Below, piece after piece: positions 13,824-27,919 of a stretch of DNA of 64,000 bases (position 1 is its first letter; each line of letters opens with the position of its first letter). The notes under the pieces were generated by a model. It saw only the letters and a list, made by a program, of their open reading frames with translations. It made no database searches and was not told the origin of the DNA. Source of the DNA: Octopus vulgaris (lineage: Eukaryota); the NCBI GenBank assembly GCA_951406725.2, contig OX597824.1, positions 31,124,001 through 31,188,000 on the forward strand, written 5' to 3'. The position numbers and the translations under genes were made by a program.

Positions 13824-13934
13824 ATTTCTCTTAATGGTATTCTTGCCCACTTCTACAAGAATATACAGCGTGACCTAGTGAAACAACTAGAGATACTGAA
13901 CCAAATTGAGGTTATTGCCGTGGAAATTAAGTGA
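13824..13934 (+). CDS. Galectin-like gene A, terminal exon (ISLNGILAHFYKNIQRDLVKQLEILNQIEVIAVEIK*)
   Basis: TTTAG acceptor, phase 0; continues YFK|ISLNG as in the galectin C-terminal strands; TGA at 13932-13934. Confidence 0.85.
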   Translation: MSLNGILAHFYKNIQRDLVKQLEILNQIEVIAVEIK

Positions 13935-14149
13935 ACCTTTGTTCAAAACTGCCTGTCCTCCTCCTACTATGCTCAGAGAAAATAACTAACACTAAAATAT
14001 TTCGAAACTCTTTACAGTTTGTAGAATTGAAACGATTTGCTAAAATTAGAGTTGATGAAGCCTCCAAATAAATTTGTGACTTTTACATTGTACGATGAAC
14101 GTGATGTTGTTTGTTTTTATTTAAAAGTGTACATACATAAAAAAAACTC

Positions 14150-17100
14150 GTTTCTCTAGCTCCATTTCGTTTCTCAGTCGCTGCTTATATCACCGCCTCA
14201 TCCCTAAATGTTTCCGACTCTGTTTTCACCCCACTCTCTAATCTGCTCCAACCATTCTACCCATACTCCGTACTACATCCTACCGCCTTATGCGTGCCAC
14301 CATTCGCTCTAATCACTCCAAAATACGCACCATCGAAAGTCTTCTCCATCTCGCTTTTTCCATCTTCTCCTCTCAGTCGCCCTCCCATGCCAACACCACA
14401 TTACGTTGCATAATCCATTTAAATCATCTCTTTCATCAATTTCTTGCCAACACCAAACAACATAAACTCCACTCACTCCTCCATTCCATCACACCCGATG
14501 CCACTACCCCAACTCCTCTACTACTCCTCTCCCTCCCTGATACCCTCCCCAACACCCGTCCTCCCAGCCCCAACTCACATACCCCCATCTCCTCCCTCCC
14601 AGCCTTCCACTATACCCACCACCCCTCTTACTTCTACCCCACCGCTCCTCTTAGTTCTATCCCATCCACCCCCTTCACCACTTCAGTCTGTACTTACCAT
14701 TCCTCCAGGTCTTCCCCTCTCTGAGGCGGAGCGCTCCCTCCATGTTAGGTTGTGTGCACTTTTCGGCGACACTTCACCTGCATCTAATGAGGACTACTTC
14801 ACCGACTTGGGCCGCCGACTATCCCAGTGAACGCCAGCTCCTTGCCAGTTCCAAGCAGTCGATCTTTATGCGGGCGCCTGCCAGCGTGCTGTGGACAGGT
14901 TTAACTTTTCTAGGCGTCCCCGTCTTCTAAACGTCTCCCCAGCCGAACTCTCGGCCCTTCGATGTCTCCGACGCCGCACTGACATCGTCATAAAACCGGC
15001 CGACAAGGATGGAGCCGTGGTGGTGTGGCGCGCGGACCTCTACAAGGCCGAAGCTCTCTGCCAACTTCAAGACACCTCCTTCTAATACACTTTACCCTCT
15101 GACCCCATGATCAGCTACCAACAGACGTTGTCCTTCACTATCCATGACCTCATCTCCTCCTCCCGTCTACCCCACCACCTCCAACCTCATTGTCCGCACC
15201 CCTTGCACCCCCACCATTTACTTCCTCCCCCCAATCCACAAACGTAACAACCCTGGCCACCCCATCGTCCTTGCCTGCAACTGCCCCAGCGAACTCGTCT
15301 CCAGATATCTTGACCGTGTCTTTGCCCCCTGGTGGTTTCCCTCCCCTCTCATATCCATGACACCAACTACGCGCTTCGTTTATTCAACTCTTTCTCCTTC
15401 TCTCCTAGCCACTCTAAACTTCTCTTCACCCTCGACATCCAGAGCCTTTACACGGTGATCCCTCACCACGAGGGGATGCATGCACTCCAACATTTCCTTG
15501 ACCTTCGACCCAGCCCCCAACCTGACACATTCACACTAGTTCGTCTGGACGAACTTGTCCTATCAGTGAACTGCTTCTCGTTCGCGGGTGATTTCTACCA
15601 GTAGTCTCGGGAGTGGCCATGGGAACGAGAATGGGCCCCAACTATGCGAACCAGTTCGTTGGCTACGTTGAGGCCTAAATATTCTCAATTTTCACTGGTC
15701 CCACTCCCGAACTATACGGCCGCTATATTGACGACTGTATCGGTGCGACCTCACTTTCACATCTAGAATCCTTCCCCTCTTTTGTCAAATCTTTCCATCC
15801 TGCCCTCCACTTCTCCTGCACTATCTCTGATACCTCTGTCTCCTTTCTTGACATTTCGGTCATCATTCATCACTCCACCCTCACCACCTCCATCCACTAC
15901 AAACACACAGACTCACACTCATACCTCAACTTCTCTTCTTCCCACCCTAAATATACCAAGATTTCTATCCCCTATTCCCAATTCCTCCGTCTAGGAAGAC
16001 TCTGTAGTGACGACCATGACTTTGAGACTCCGTCTCAACTCATGGCTCGCCACTTCAGCCTACGTGGTTATCCCCTCACCACTATCCACACCGCCCTTGC
16101 CAGAGCACGTTCCGTGGACCGTGCATCTGCTCTCTTCCCCCGAACTCGCCCCGCCGTCTCCCGCCTCCCATTTCCCATCACCTACCACCCCACTACCCTA
16201 CTTCTCCAACGCACCATTCTCCGAGCCTTCCGGCGACTTCAGTCCCACCCCTCCACTTCGCACATCTTCCCTAACCGACCTCTCCCCTTCTTCAAACGAG
16301 CTCACAACGTACGAGACCTCTTGGTCGACAGCTTCTTCCCTACACCAACCTCCCAACCCGGCTCATTCTCCTGCTCCCGCCCATGCTGTCGCACTTGCTC
16401 TTACCTCTCCAACATCACCCTCCTCACCAGCACCCATCATCGACCCAATCACATCACCGACTCCTTCACCTGTACTTCTACTGCATCTCCTGCTCTCTCT
16501 GTCATTCTCTCTACATCGGGCAAACGGGACGTCTCTTGGCTGACCGGTTCGCGGAACACCTCCGAGACATCCGACTCGGCAATGACACCCCGATCTCGCG
16601 CCATTTTCGCTCTACCGGTCACTCTTTGTCCGTGTTCGGACTGTCTTTGCATAGGGACCATCCGGACTTCCGCTTGTGCCGTGAACAGGGATTAATCTTC
16701 TCTCTTCGCTCCTTTGCGCCACATGAGCTCAAATCTCCGCCCCTCTTCATCTAACTTCCTCCCCTCGCCTCTCTCCCCCTCACATCTACATCCTCCCATC
16801 ACCTCTCCTCTCTTATGCCGACTCCTACTTCTTCCCTTCACTCCTACTCTCCTTCTTTCTTCTCTTCACTCCCTTCATCGTCACCCCTCCCACGTAAGCC
16901 CATCCCACCCCTACACATTCCAACCCAACCTTCCCTATCCTTCCCCATTCCACACCACACCCACATACCCCACCTTTACCCCCACCCTCCGCCTACCCAA
17001 ACCCCATCTCTACCCCACCCTCCGTCTAACCCACTCCCCACCTTTTCCTCCACTCCCGCCTCCCCCACGTCCCAACACCATCACACCACACCACACCACA

Positions 17101-17530
17101 CCACTATACACACAACCCATCACATCACAACATACGACCTTGCACACATCAGCACTGACCACTTCCCAGATCCACATTTTCACACCTACACATACACACA
17201 CGCAATCGTCAAGATCACCAGTCCTCTTCCACACGCACATATAAACTCTCTCATACACACGCACGCGCACCCTCATGTTGGGATCACCACCACTTTGTTA
17301 TCTCCCCTTCTCCCTAGCTCTCCTGTGTGACCCTTCTGTCCAGCCTTCCCCATGATAGATCGCTAGCCACTACACATTCTTTATTTTCTCTCCTTGTTCT
17401 TTCTGTGTTCCTTTCTGTGGAAGAGTCTAGGCTCGAAACGTTAAATACTTTTTCATTTCCGAGCGTTATACTAATACATCTGTTTGTTGTCTACACCACC
17501 TGTCTTCGTCTTTTGTTTGTTTTTTTGTGA
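14150..17530 (+). mobile_element. Penelope-like retroelement, near full length but disrupted (RT + GIY-YIG + pLTR)
   Basis: IKPADKDGAVVV, FTLDIQSLYTVIPH, GVAMGTRMGPNYAN, RYIDDC, IPYSQFLRL, YIGQTGRLLADRFAEHL; C-rich 3' region; hammerhead-like motif at 17415-17443. Confidence 0.93.
17415..17443 (+). ncRNA. Degenerate minimal hammerhead in Penelope 3' pLTR
   Basis: CTGTGGAAGAGTCTAGGCTCGAAACGTTA matches the PLE pattern CTGANGA-stem II-GAAACGTH with a mutated 5' core. Confidence 0.55.
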
Positions 17531-17538
17531 ATTCTCCC

Positions 17539-17570
<32 letters not shown>

Positions 17571-17589
17571 CATACATACATACATACAT

Positions 17590-18960
17590 ACATACATACA
17601 TACATTTGCAGTATCAGTGCTGATCTCAATAGAGAAGACCTGGATGGAAAGCACTCAGCATACAAAAAAAATGACCATACATGAATATGTTGCCCGGAAG
17701 CTTGAAGAAGACAGTAGAATTGACACGAAGCGCAGCCTCTCTTGGACACAAGACCACTACATCACATCAAATTTGAAGGCTATGCGTTTGCAAGCCAGGA
17801 ACAGAGGATTGCCACAACGTACCTGGTGATCAAGAGAGACAGTGACGCTCTTATAATCCCATGGTGCAACCACATGTGAGGTCTATGTCATGTTTCTGTA
17901 GAAGACATTACACATGTGATTAGTAGCTGTCCTAAATTATCGTCACAGTAATACCTCCTTCTGCGGACGATGTTGTTGCTAAAACAATTTATAATGCCAT
18001 CCACAAAAAAGACTATCCTGAATTAAACTTGGAAAATCCTTCTATTATGGAATACGTTCATAAAAAAACCAACTCAAGAAATACTGGTGGAATATTCCCA
18101 TAAGAAATTCTGTCGAATGTAAGCATAACAGTCCAGATATTGTTGTTTGAGGCAGTGGGCAAATGTATGTACCATCATATAAATATCTCTTTGAAAATCA
18201 GAGAAAAAGAGGATATCTATGGACCGCTGCTTCGAAACCTCCAGCTTCTATATCCAGACTATGAATTCATATTCATACCAATAATAATTGGAGCACAAGG
18301 TTTTGTTAGAAAATGCTTAAAGGAGAATCTGGATAAACTGGGATTTTCAGAAAGAGAAATTGCCCGGCTGATTCGTACATTAGAAGTCTACTCTGTGAGT
18401 GGAACAGTATAAATATGCAAGACTTTTCTCAAGTTCCAAATGTGAATTTGTCTGTGTTAACTACAGCCCATAGATGGAACTTTGTCTCTTTGTTGGAAAC
18501 CGGCTTCAATCTCAGTGGAAGATTTATAATAATTAAAAAAATAGGACATACGTACGTAGCCACTCATAATAAAAAAGGGATACTGGTGCAATGTCCCAGT
18601 GAAAACCTCAGTAAAACGTAAGTACAACAGACCTGATACATGGATTTGGGATAGAGAAGAGAAACAGTTATGAAAATTAGCTACCCAGCGAATGTTAACA
18701 TTGATCTGAAGACCAGCGAAAAAGAGAATAACTACGCTGAACTATTGTGAAATCTGCAGTTACTCTAACCAGATTACAAGTTCAAGTTTATACCTGTAAT
18801 TACAGACGCCCTGTGATAAGTAACACACTGCTTAAATACCAATCTTGAGAAATTAGGCTTCTCAAAAACAGAAAAGAGAAAGCTAATTCGAAGACTACAG
18901 ATCTTATCCATCACTGGGACTGTAAAAATCTGTGAAACATTCCAGAAGTTTATCATTTAA
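17590..18960 (+). mobile_element. Two 3' fragments of RLE-type (R4/Dong or NeSL-like) non-LTR retrotransposons
   Basis: CHVSVEDITHVISSCPKL zinc knuckle, HNSPDI endonuclease motif, FIPIIIGAQG; second related fragment ~18540-18960. Confidence 0.75.
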
Positions 18961-19229
18961 ATATATATGAACATGTCTAAATATGCAATACATACATAAA
19001 ACAAAACATAAAAATCTGCACACATGCATATTCTTACAAAATTTGGTTCATGGCGTTGTATAATATTCGAAAGTGTTCCGTACACACACACTCTCATCCC
19101 CCCCCACACACACACACACGCAAATATATATGTTGTGGTGAGAGTAATGCAGCCTCTGACGAGAATAGACTGGACCACTACATATGAATAGTAACGGTCT
19201 GACGTACTCGAGCAGTTCGCAGTTTGTTT

Positions 19230-20930
19230 TTTCTGTTCGATTTGATCATTTTTTGATCCCTGTGAGTTGCATTGTTGATGATTGATGAAGGTCTCTCGTG
19301 GGGGTGAACTTAGTTATTTGGTCTAATTGTTGAATTGTCGAATTGTTAGCTGCTGTTATTTTTATATTTGTTTTCTTCCCCATTTATAGCTGGAGTTGTG
19401 GGAGGGGAAGCGATAGAAAGCGAAGCAGTTCCGGTTGGCAGCTATGCTGCAGCAAATGGAAGAGGCTTAGCTGTGGACGTTCTGCATGTTCGAGAGGAAA
19501 AGAAGTTGAAGCGGTTCGACAAGCTTATTGGGAGCGAAGGTGCCAGCCTGAGGTTGACCCCGCCGCAAGATGTGACAGCGATTATGACTAGGCAGACAGT
19601 GATATGTAGAACGCTGTCCACAGCAACGAAGGGGATTGAGGTTGCTGCGGTGGAAGCATTGAAGGAGAGCTTGAAGGAGATGAAGGGCCTCATAACTTTC
19701 TATACCAGAGGGAGGAAGTACGGTGCAGCGGAGGTTGGGTTCGCGAGCGAACGAGACGCGATGAAACAATCCACTGTGACGCTTGGGTCATCAGTGTGGG
19801 TGCTGCTGCCAACTTGCTGTGGCAAGCGTGTGGCCAGAATGAGAATCGGCGGGGTTTCCCCCGGAGATTGATGAAGTGTGGCTGTTGGCAGCCATTTTGT
19901 ATAACACAGAGGAAGAAGCGAAAGTTTTGGAGGTGACAGGAGCACTGAGGTAGACTGGTGGGGGTGCGGCCTCGAGGTGGCGGTTCGGTTTGCAGGATTT
20001 ACACAGGGTTGTGGAGGCGGATCGTACTGCCGGGAGCGGTGAAATTGGGAGTGGTAGTGGAGGGAGGACCTCCCATATGCTGCCAGTGTAGAGTGCAGGG
20101 TATCCCCGGAAGCACGACGGGTATGTTATGGAGCAGGAGGGGTACGGAGGGGAGGGGAGCGGGGCGTCGAGGAGCAAGGGCCGGACTGCGATAGGAGTGC
20201 AGGTGGTGTGGAGGAGTAATGTTCGGTGGTGAGGATGGTGAGAAAGAGAAAGAGAGAGAAGCGCGGACTCACCACCGGGGAGGCGCAGAGGAGAGGGTGA
20301 ATTTGTAGAGGTGAGAGGAGGAAGGACGGGAGATGCCAGCAGCATCGAATGAAAAAGCTACAGAGAAGAAAGAGGTATCAATGCCAGTAACATCGGAGGA
20401 GACCAAGAATGGAAGACAGGAAGGATCACAGAAAGGGAAGCATATATGGAATTTGATAGAATATAAAAAAAGTGTTGAAATTGAGAAGAAGATTACAAAA
20501 ATAAAATTTGCAATTAGGGTAAGGTTAGCACCGAACGAGTTCAATGAAATCACCAAAGCAATCCTGCTTGATAAAGCGAGAAGTGAGAAATTAAAAGAAC
20601 TATCTGGAGATAAAATGGAGGTAACGGGACTGCAGGTTCAATTTGATGAATTGCCACCAATGGTGGAATTCCATGAGTTGACACAGTATCTAGTGTATTA
20701 AAAAAGGAAGAGTAAGTAAAATTTTAAAAATTTAATAGTGACTTTTTAAAAATGCAAAAAGAAAATAGAACTGATTTTTAAACGTTGTCCATAAACAGTT
20801 AAATGACACTGCCTGTGAGTGGGGAGCAGGTAAGACATTTCATTTTCATTTTCTTCATTATTATATTCATAAATTTCATTCGTTCGTTATATGTTTTATG
20901 CACCCCACTGTGCTGTGTTGTTTGTCCGTG
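19230..20930 (+). mobile_element. Probable LINE ORF1 (gag-like) remnant nested in the Gypsy element
   Basis: GA-rich broken reading frame ending VVVEGGPPICCQCRVQG (degenerate CCHC knuckle); internal stops; no splice structure. Confidence 0.45.
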
Positions 20931-21018
20931 TTAATTGAATTACACTGAAGGAAATCCGAAAATTCAGTAAGTTCGTTTATGCCAGGCGGCGTGGCGAACT
21001 TGATTTCTGAATTTACTT

Positions 21019-21579
21019 TGTAGTGATCCTATACAACGGCGCGCGCTCGCGCACCGTCCATTTGTATTTCGCGCGTGCGGAGTTGGTGCTTTCACCACCG
21101 GAAGAAGAACCCTTTTTGCCTACGTAGCAGTTAGCCGAGGCAAGGAGATCGTAAGACGTTGACCACCAGCGTCCAGCAAGCAGCGACTTGAGACAGCAGC
21201 GACTGAAGGCGACGGTCACGTATATTTTTTCTCCGTCCGAACTTGATTCTAGCAGCACCTTACCAAAAGGCCTTTAACCAAATTGTTGCAGACCACATCT
21301 TCCCCCTGTTCCGGACGCCATCTTTGACCAGTGTCGTTTTGCATTTGAACACTTTCTTATTTTACAGCGATAAGGTTCAGCACTGACACATTTATACCAA
21401 AGGGATACCAGATAACCACTTATTGTTACTGTTACCACATTAGAGAATAAAGTAGTATATATATCTTTTACGTCTGCGTCTTGTTGTTTCTGACTGGTAG
21501 AATTCTGGATTATTAAAGCAACGGCTAGTGATTGCCTCTTGTACCCCGAAAGTACAAGAGAAGATATATTCACTAAGCA
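21019..21579 (+). mobile_element. Probable solo LTR inserted in Gypsy gag
   Basis: Starts TGTAGTGA, ends TCACTAAGCA, has an internal AATAAA and interrupts gag-like sequence; no clear TSD. Confidence 0.5.
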
Positions 21580-21851
21580 TCGTTTCAACTTATTATCCGG
21601 AGAAGAGTATTGTGTTTCCTGCGTAATATAGAAGGTACGAGGATATTTTTTAACAAAGATTGCAAGTTATGGTCGAATGAGGAGTATGTGAGCCTATTAC
21701 TACGCAAGGTAGCTTCGGTCGAGCATGAACGCTACTTTAGTTTTATATTGCCCAAAAACTATTGAATTACTATCAAAGATCTTTTGTGACAAACGTTCGT
21801 TATTTAACACTAGAAAGGAGTGTTGAAACTTACTAAAGTGACGATTATATA

Positions 21852-22032
21852 TTTCTTTATTGCCCACAAGGGGCTAAACATAGAGGGGACAAACAAGGAC
21901 AGACAAAGGGATTAAGTCGATTACATCGACCTCAGTGCGTAACTGGTACTTAATTTATCGACCCCGAAAGATTGAAAGGCAAAGTCGACCTCAGCGGAAT
22001 TTGAACTCACAACGTAACGGCAGACGAAATAC
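21852..22032 (-). mobile_element. tRNA-derived SINE, 5'-truncated copy
   Basis: Near-identical to copies at 28026-28254 and 42281-43120. Confidence 0.9.
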
Positions 22033-23192
22033 TGCAAATTGTGGACGCTGTTATCTGACTGGGAATTTGCAATCCCTTATTTGGACGATATATTAAGAGT
22101 AATTCACATGAACAGCAAGTGGATCATATAAAAGTTGTGTTCAAGAAAATTAAAGAGTATGGGTTCACTTTGTGTGAAGAAAAATGCGACTTCTTTTAGC
22201 CTCAAATTAAGTACTTAGGGCAAATAACTGATAAAAATGGTAGTGTGACCCGTCGAGAGCAGACGCAATAAAGAATATGCCTGCTTCGACAAATACACTA
22301 ACATAACAAACGTTTCTTGGGTTGGCAAACTACTACCAAAACTACATTCTAGCATGCACGAATTAAGAGCTCCATTGAATGACTAATTAAAAAAGGAAGT
22401 AAAGTGGAATTGGTCGATTAAATGCCAAAATGAGTTTGAAGAAAAAAATTCTAATCGCAGATTTGTCTCTAGTGCATTTCGATCCTAAAATGGACATTGT
22501 TGTAGTTTCTGATGCTTCGAAGTACGGAGTAGGAGCAGCTTTGCTACACAAGTATAAAGATAGAAGTACGAAATTCATGTTTCGCGCTCGCTGATAGCAG
22601 CAGAGAAAAAACACAGCCAGGTCACTCTTGGGCGCTACTGGTAACATGTACCCCAGTACAACATGTCGCATACACTGGGACATCGAGAAATTGGTGAAAG
22701 CTGGTAGATGTCACGCGCTCAGCGGCCAAAGTACGACCAGTAAAATATCTATCATGTCCTGTGAAGAGGAAGATATTGTGTAAAAATACAAATTTAAGAT
22801 TGCAGACTGAACACCTTCGCTCAAGCGAAAAAAATACTAAAAATTAATAATCTTAAATAAAATTTCTTTATTCCTTCGCAACTCGAAATTTCAAAAGAGG
22901 ACATGTTGTGACGAGAGTATGACAACCTCTGAGGAGAATAGATAGGAGCTCTACATATAAATAGTACCGGTGTGACGTACTCGAGCTGTTCGTAGATTGG
23001 TCTTCGAAGTCCAGATAGAGTTTACAGTGATGGAAATATTGATTGTTGGTTCGTAAAAGATTGTTGGTTCATTACATGTTTGTTACTGCCGCTGTTTCTA
23101 TTTTGTTTTGTTATAACAATGTTACAGTGTCTTCTTTATGTATCGTCGACAATATCAACCGTACTACTATATTCGATGCGTAAAGATATAAC

Positions 23193-23312
<120 letters not shown>

Positions 23313-24113
23313 TATGTATATCTAAATGTATATGCATGCATATATATGTGTGTACATATATATATGTGTTTATATATGTGTGTGTATATATATATGTATA
23401 TATATGTTTATGTGTATATATATGCTTGTGTATATATATTTATATACACACACTCACACGGAGTTATATACATTTAAACCCATTCACGTACATATCGTAA
23501 ATACACAAAATATCGTCGCACATACGTATACTTACACCTATGCATACATACATACATACAGACATACACATATATACATATACATACATACATACATACA
23601 TACATACATACATACATACATACATACATACTTACGTACGTACATATGCGTGTATATATACATATACATAAAAGCATTCATCAGAATTCACGCTGACATA
23701 ATTTTTTTCTACCTGCTAGAAATAAGAGTATATTTCGGTTCGCATGACCTTATACTGTTGAATGTGTTATTTTCAGTGTAAATTTTTTTGGTAGCCTAAA
23801 TGAGGGTTTTAACTCTTATTTCTAGCGGGCAGACACTTTAACGTGTCCTTTGATTAATGTAATTTTAATTCCATAGCTATATAGTGCTGATTTAGGCCTG
23901 CAACCACCTGTATTAATATTGTTATTATAACCTATTTGTATTGCCTTTGATAATAATAACAATATTAATATCTATATAAATATTCACTTCTGAATATTTT
24001 TGCTGCTGATTAGTACTTTTCACACTGAGACTATCCACGATTTGGCGCTAAGCAATCAAGGACGCCAACAGATTCCAACGTGTCGGACAGGGAAGATATT
24101 TCAAAGGGTTAAG

Positions 24114-24164
24114 ATGTGCTGATAAAGGTAAGATCTTTGTATCAAACCAGGAACCGGTCCACAT
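24114..24164 (+). ncRNA. Degenerate type I hammerhead ribozyme
   Basis: Stem I ATGTG/CACAT; CTGATaA; stem II GGT/ACC; GgAA; ACCGGT-C (GUC triplet). Two core substitutions. Confidence 0.65.
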
Positions 24165-24406
24165 ATATACATGTTCAATTAAATGTAAAAATAAGTGCTT
24201 TATATATGTATGTGGTGGGAACTTTTTTTCGATTCGCTCGCTCGTATACTGTTGAATCTATTATGATCAGTGTAAATATTTTTGGTGGTCCAAATGTGGG
24301 TTTTAACTCTAATTTCTAGCGCGTGGACACTTTAATTGTCCTCTGATTAGACATGGCCTGGACCAATCTTTGGTCGAAACATATCTAAGTTATCTAAGTT
24401 ATCTAA

Positions 24407-24489
<83 letters not shown>

Positions 24490-24510
24490 TAGATAGATAG
24501 ATAGATATAT

Positions 24511-24561
<51 letters not shown>

Positions 24562-24779
24562 TGTATATATATATGTATATGTATATATATATGTGTATAT
24601 ATAAGTATATATATATCTATGTATATATGTATGTATATGTATGTGTATATATGTATATATGCATGTATGTATATATGTATGTATATATATCTATGTATAT
24701 ATGTATATATATGTATATGTATATATGCATATGTATATATATGTGTATATACAAATGTAATGGTTTTATGAGTGAGCAA

Positions 24780-25150
24780 ACTTAGTTGGTTTCGATCGGT
24801 GGGAGTCTTCTGTAACTTTTATATTAGGTCGTCAAGTATGAAATTTGTAGAAAAGAAAAAGAAGTTTGCCAATGTTTCATAAATACAAGGCATAATTTTA
24901 TTCATCAATGTATGCACCCATATTGTCAATACACTTTTGCCATTTCAGCGATAGCTTGTCCATCCCGGAACTGTAAAAGCCTGGCAATCTAGAATCAATA
25001 AAGTCTTGGAAGGCCTGTTTTACAGCATCGTCGGAATTAATTTTTTTCCTTTCGAAAAGTTATCCAAATTCTGGAAGAAGTGGTAATCAGTGGAGGTAAG
25101 ATCCGGTGAGTATGGTGGATGATGGAGAACTTCCAACTCCAACTCCTGTT
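24780..25150 (-). mobile_element. Mariner transposase 3' fragment
   Basis: Minus strand HPPYSPDLTSTDYHFFQNLDNF (YSPDL motif). Confidence 0.85.
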
Positions 25151-25154
25151 GTTT

Positions 25155-25757
25155 GCGATCTGTGGTAAAATTTTAATTTCCTTCATGGACAAGTTAGTTA
25201 TATTCTTAGCGAAGATTAGTGCCTTATTTATTAAAATTGGGTTAATTGATTGGTAATAGTCGTTAATATCTAGCTGTATGAATTTGCATGTTTTCTTGCC
25301 GCGAATGTTGGTAAACCAGCTCAATGCATCCAGTGTTTTGGACCAAAGGCCAAGTTTAAGTTTAGATTTTAGAGAGTGTAGATATTTATCTATAATTATT
25401 TTGCTGAGCTTTCCTAAGCCTGATTTACAAGGTCAAATCAACCTTACTGTTGAGTCAATCTAAAAATTTCCTTTATGGTCTTTAAGGCTAACTCTAGGTT
25501 TTGGGGGTTCATAAATCTCAGTAATGTCGTCAATTCCGTAATCGTTCATTATTTTTTTAGCATCAAGATTAATACATCTTTATTTATTAGTTTGTATTTT
25601 TTTGAGTACTTCTTTATGTAACACTTTGTGGTATAAATCTACGTCTACGTTGTATAAACCTCCAGTTTTGTCAATCTGTACTATTATTCCTTTCAATTTC
25701 TCAAGTTCATCTATTTTGTTCTTTAATTTGAGTGTTTCTTCTTGACAGGGTTTTCCT
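25155..25757 (-). mobile_element. Penelope-like RT fragment
   Basis: LKDHKGNF, WFTNIRGKKTCKFIQLDINDYYQSINP. Confidence 0.75.
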
Positions 25758-26329
25758 TAAACATAATATTTAAGTAATTTTAAGTAATTTTCTAGTACAT
25801 ACATACATACATACATACATACATACATACATACACACGCACACATACATACATACATACATACATACATACATACATACATACATACATACATACATAC
25901 ATACATACACACATACATACATACATACATACATACATACATACATACACATTTATGACGGGTTTTTCTCAGTTTCCTTGTACTGAATCCAACCACAAGG
26001 TTTTGGTTAACTCGAAGCTAGAGACATTTTCCCAGGATGTCATAGAGTGGCTGATTTTGTATCATCATGCAATTACTGCTGGACAAAAGCCTTCATAACT
26101 TTGAAAAATATTCATCCATTTTCATCAAAGCATGCTTAAGTAGTCTAATCTGTGATAATGACAGTTTGCTCGACCGAAGCTTATTGGTACTAACAAGGAA
26201 TTATTTGTATATATGTTCATTTTCATTTATTTTTTCGAATTTTATATTAATGGAGGTAAAGATGCTTGATAATATTCATTATGTGTGCCTTGTACTTTAT
26301 GATATAACCTTCAGTTTTTCTTTCTTTGT

Positions 26330-27370
26330 AGATAATTGCATTTAAATAAAATGAAATGCGTAACCTGTCTGATTTTAAAAGAGGGAAAATATTTGGAGCG
26401 CGAATAGCTGCAGCTTCAGTCCCTAAAACTCATAAATTTATATTTCAAGAGGTACAGTTATGAAAATCATGTTGACATTCCAAAACTAAGGTGAGGTCAG
26501 ACCTGGCGCGTATACTTTTGACGGAAGGAAAAGGCCACAGTGTTGGTCTTTAGATAGTGAGTCATTGATGTGTAAAGGCTATCGAAACGCGGCAGCAAAT
26601 TTGACAACAGAAATAAATCACCATCTTGCCAAATAAACATCCTCCAAAACCGCTCGTCGTGTGCTACATAAATTTAGACACCATGAGATCACTTCACTTG
26701 TTATACTTCTGTCAACAATGATAAACGGAAAAAATGGTGTCTAAACTACCAGAATTGTTCAATGGCTAAACGGAGCCTTATCATCTCTTGTGGATCATCA
26801 TTTAGCAATTGTCCTACACCGAAGCAAGTTTATGTCTCGAGAAGCTTTCACCTATTGTAAAGTGTGGAGATGGTTCTGTGATGATTTGGGCAGCCATTTT
26901 ATAGAATTCTCTTGACCTTTTAGTTTTTACCATGACAAGATTGACGCCAAGAAGTATCTCAGTATTTGGTCAAATAATTCCATGACAGAATACAAACATT
27001 GCTCTCTAATTGTAGTTCAATCATCCAGGAAGCTACTGTGCTGGTTTACTCAATGAAGTTGTTACGAATAACACGAAAGCAAATTATACCATCTGGATTG
27101 GCCTCCACAGTCATTTCATCATAATATAGTCGAAGAGTCATGGTGCATTTTGGGGTAGCATTTGAGGATACACTTCCTTCAGCCATGGCCACTGAAAGAG
27201 CTAAAGTAGGTTTTACTTGAAAAATGGTTAAAACATTTCCGAATAGCAGTTCAGAAACGTGCCAATTTCTCGCCATTTTGAAGCCGTGATTAAAGGTGGA
27301 CCAAAACTGAATTAAATAATAAAACTTCTATTTAACACGTTGTTTTTATTATATTGTTAAACTCCTCTGT
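26330..27370 (+). mobile_element. Highly decayed Tc1-like transposon
   Basis: Remnant PIVKCGDGSVMIWAAI and a WPPQS-like motif. Confidence 0.55.
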
Positions 27371-27469
27371 ATGTGAACATGTATGCAATGGTACTTACAT
27401 GCATAGAATTGCAAATATGGATCGTATTCATGTACTAAATTTGATTTAATTTGACAGCAACTTTGAGGA

Positions 27470-27870
27470 CTCGGCGCTGAAATCTTTTGTCGCGACATGT
27501 TCTGTCTGGTTTTGTGATTCCCACGTTTTCACGATTTGTATTGTGAAATTTAGTTACCGAGCTAAGATCTCCAAAGGTTATTGGTAGACATGTAAATTTA
27601 TAATCCGGATAGAGTACCTGCAGAAACCTCATTAGTTCGGTGCATGTTTCTCATTGACCTTTAACATTATGTTGACAAACGCTGGACAAATGGTTTCAGT
27701 TATGCTGCACAAATTCTTCTCTCTGTCTCTCAAATCCTGTCTGTTGTGCTATAGATTATGGCGATTTTGAGGGTGACATTCCACCAGATTCTTTTGAATA
27801 AATGAGTGGTTATATCGTGTGCATCGCTGTAAAAAATTTTTTACCTGTCTCTTCAGGATTATCCTTTCTA
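27470..27870 (-). mobile_element. RLE-type non-LTR 3' fragment
   Basis: LQVLYPDYKFTCLPITFG, homologous to the 18140-18960 fragments. Confidence 0.65.
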
Positions 27871-27886
27871 CGAATTTCATTATATG

Positions 27887-27919
<33 letters not shown>

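Larger units (their letters stand above)
19131..23190 (+). mobile_element. Second degenerate Gypsy element carrying nested insertions
   Basis: Related LTR starts at 19131 and 22904 (TGTTGTG..GAGAGTA...TGACGTACTCGAGC); purine tract before the 3' LTR; gag and RT/RNase H remnants (YLDDI, IKYLGQI, VVSDASKYGVGA) similar to the 6610 element. Confidence 0.8.

Noticed and set aside
16714-17330. Pro/His/Thr-rich ORFs as extensin- or mucin-like genes
   Set aside because: C-rich low-complexity 3' region of the Penelope element.
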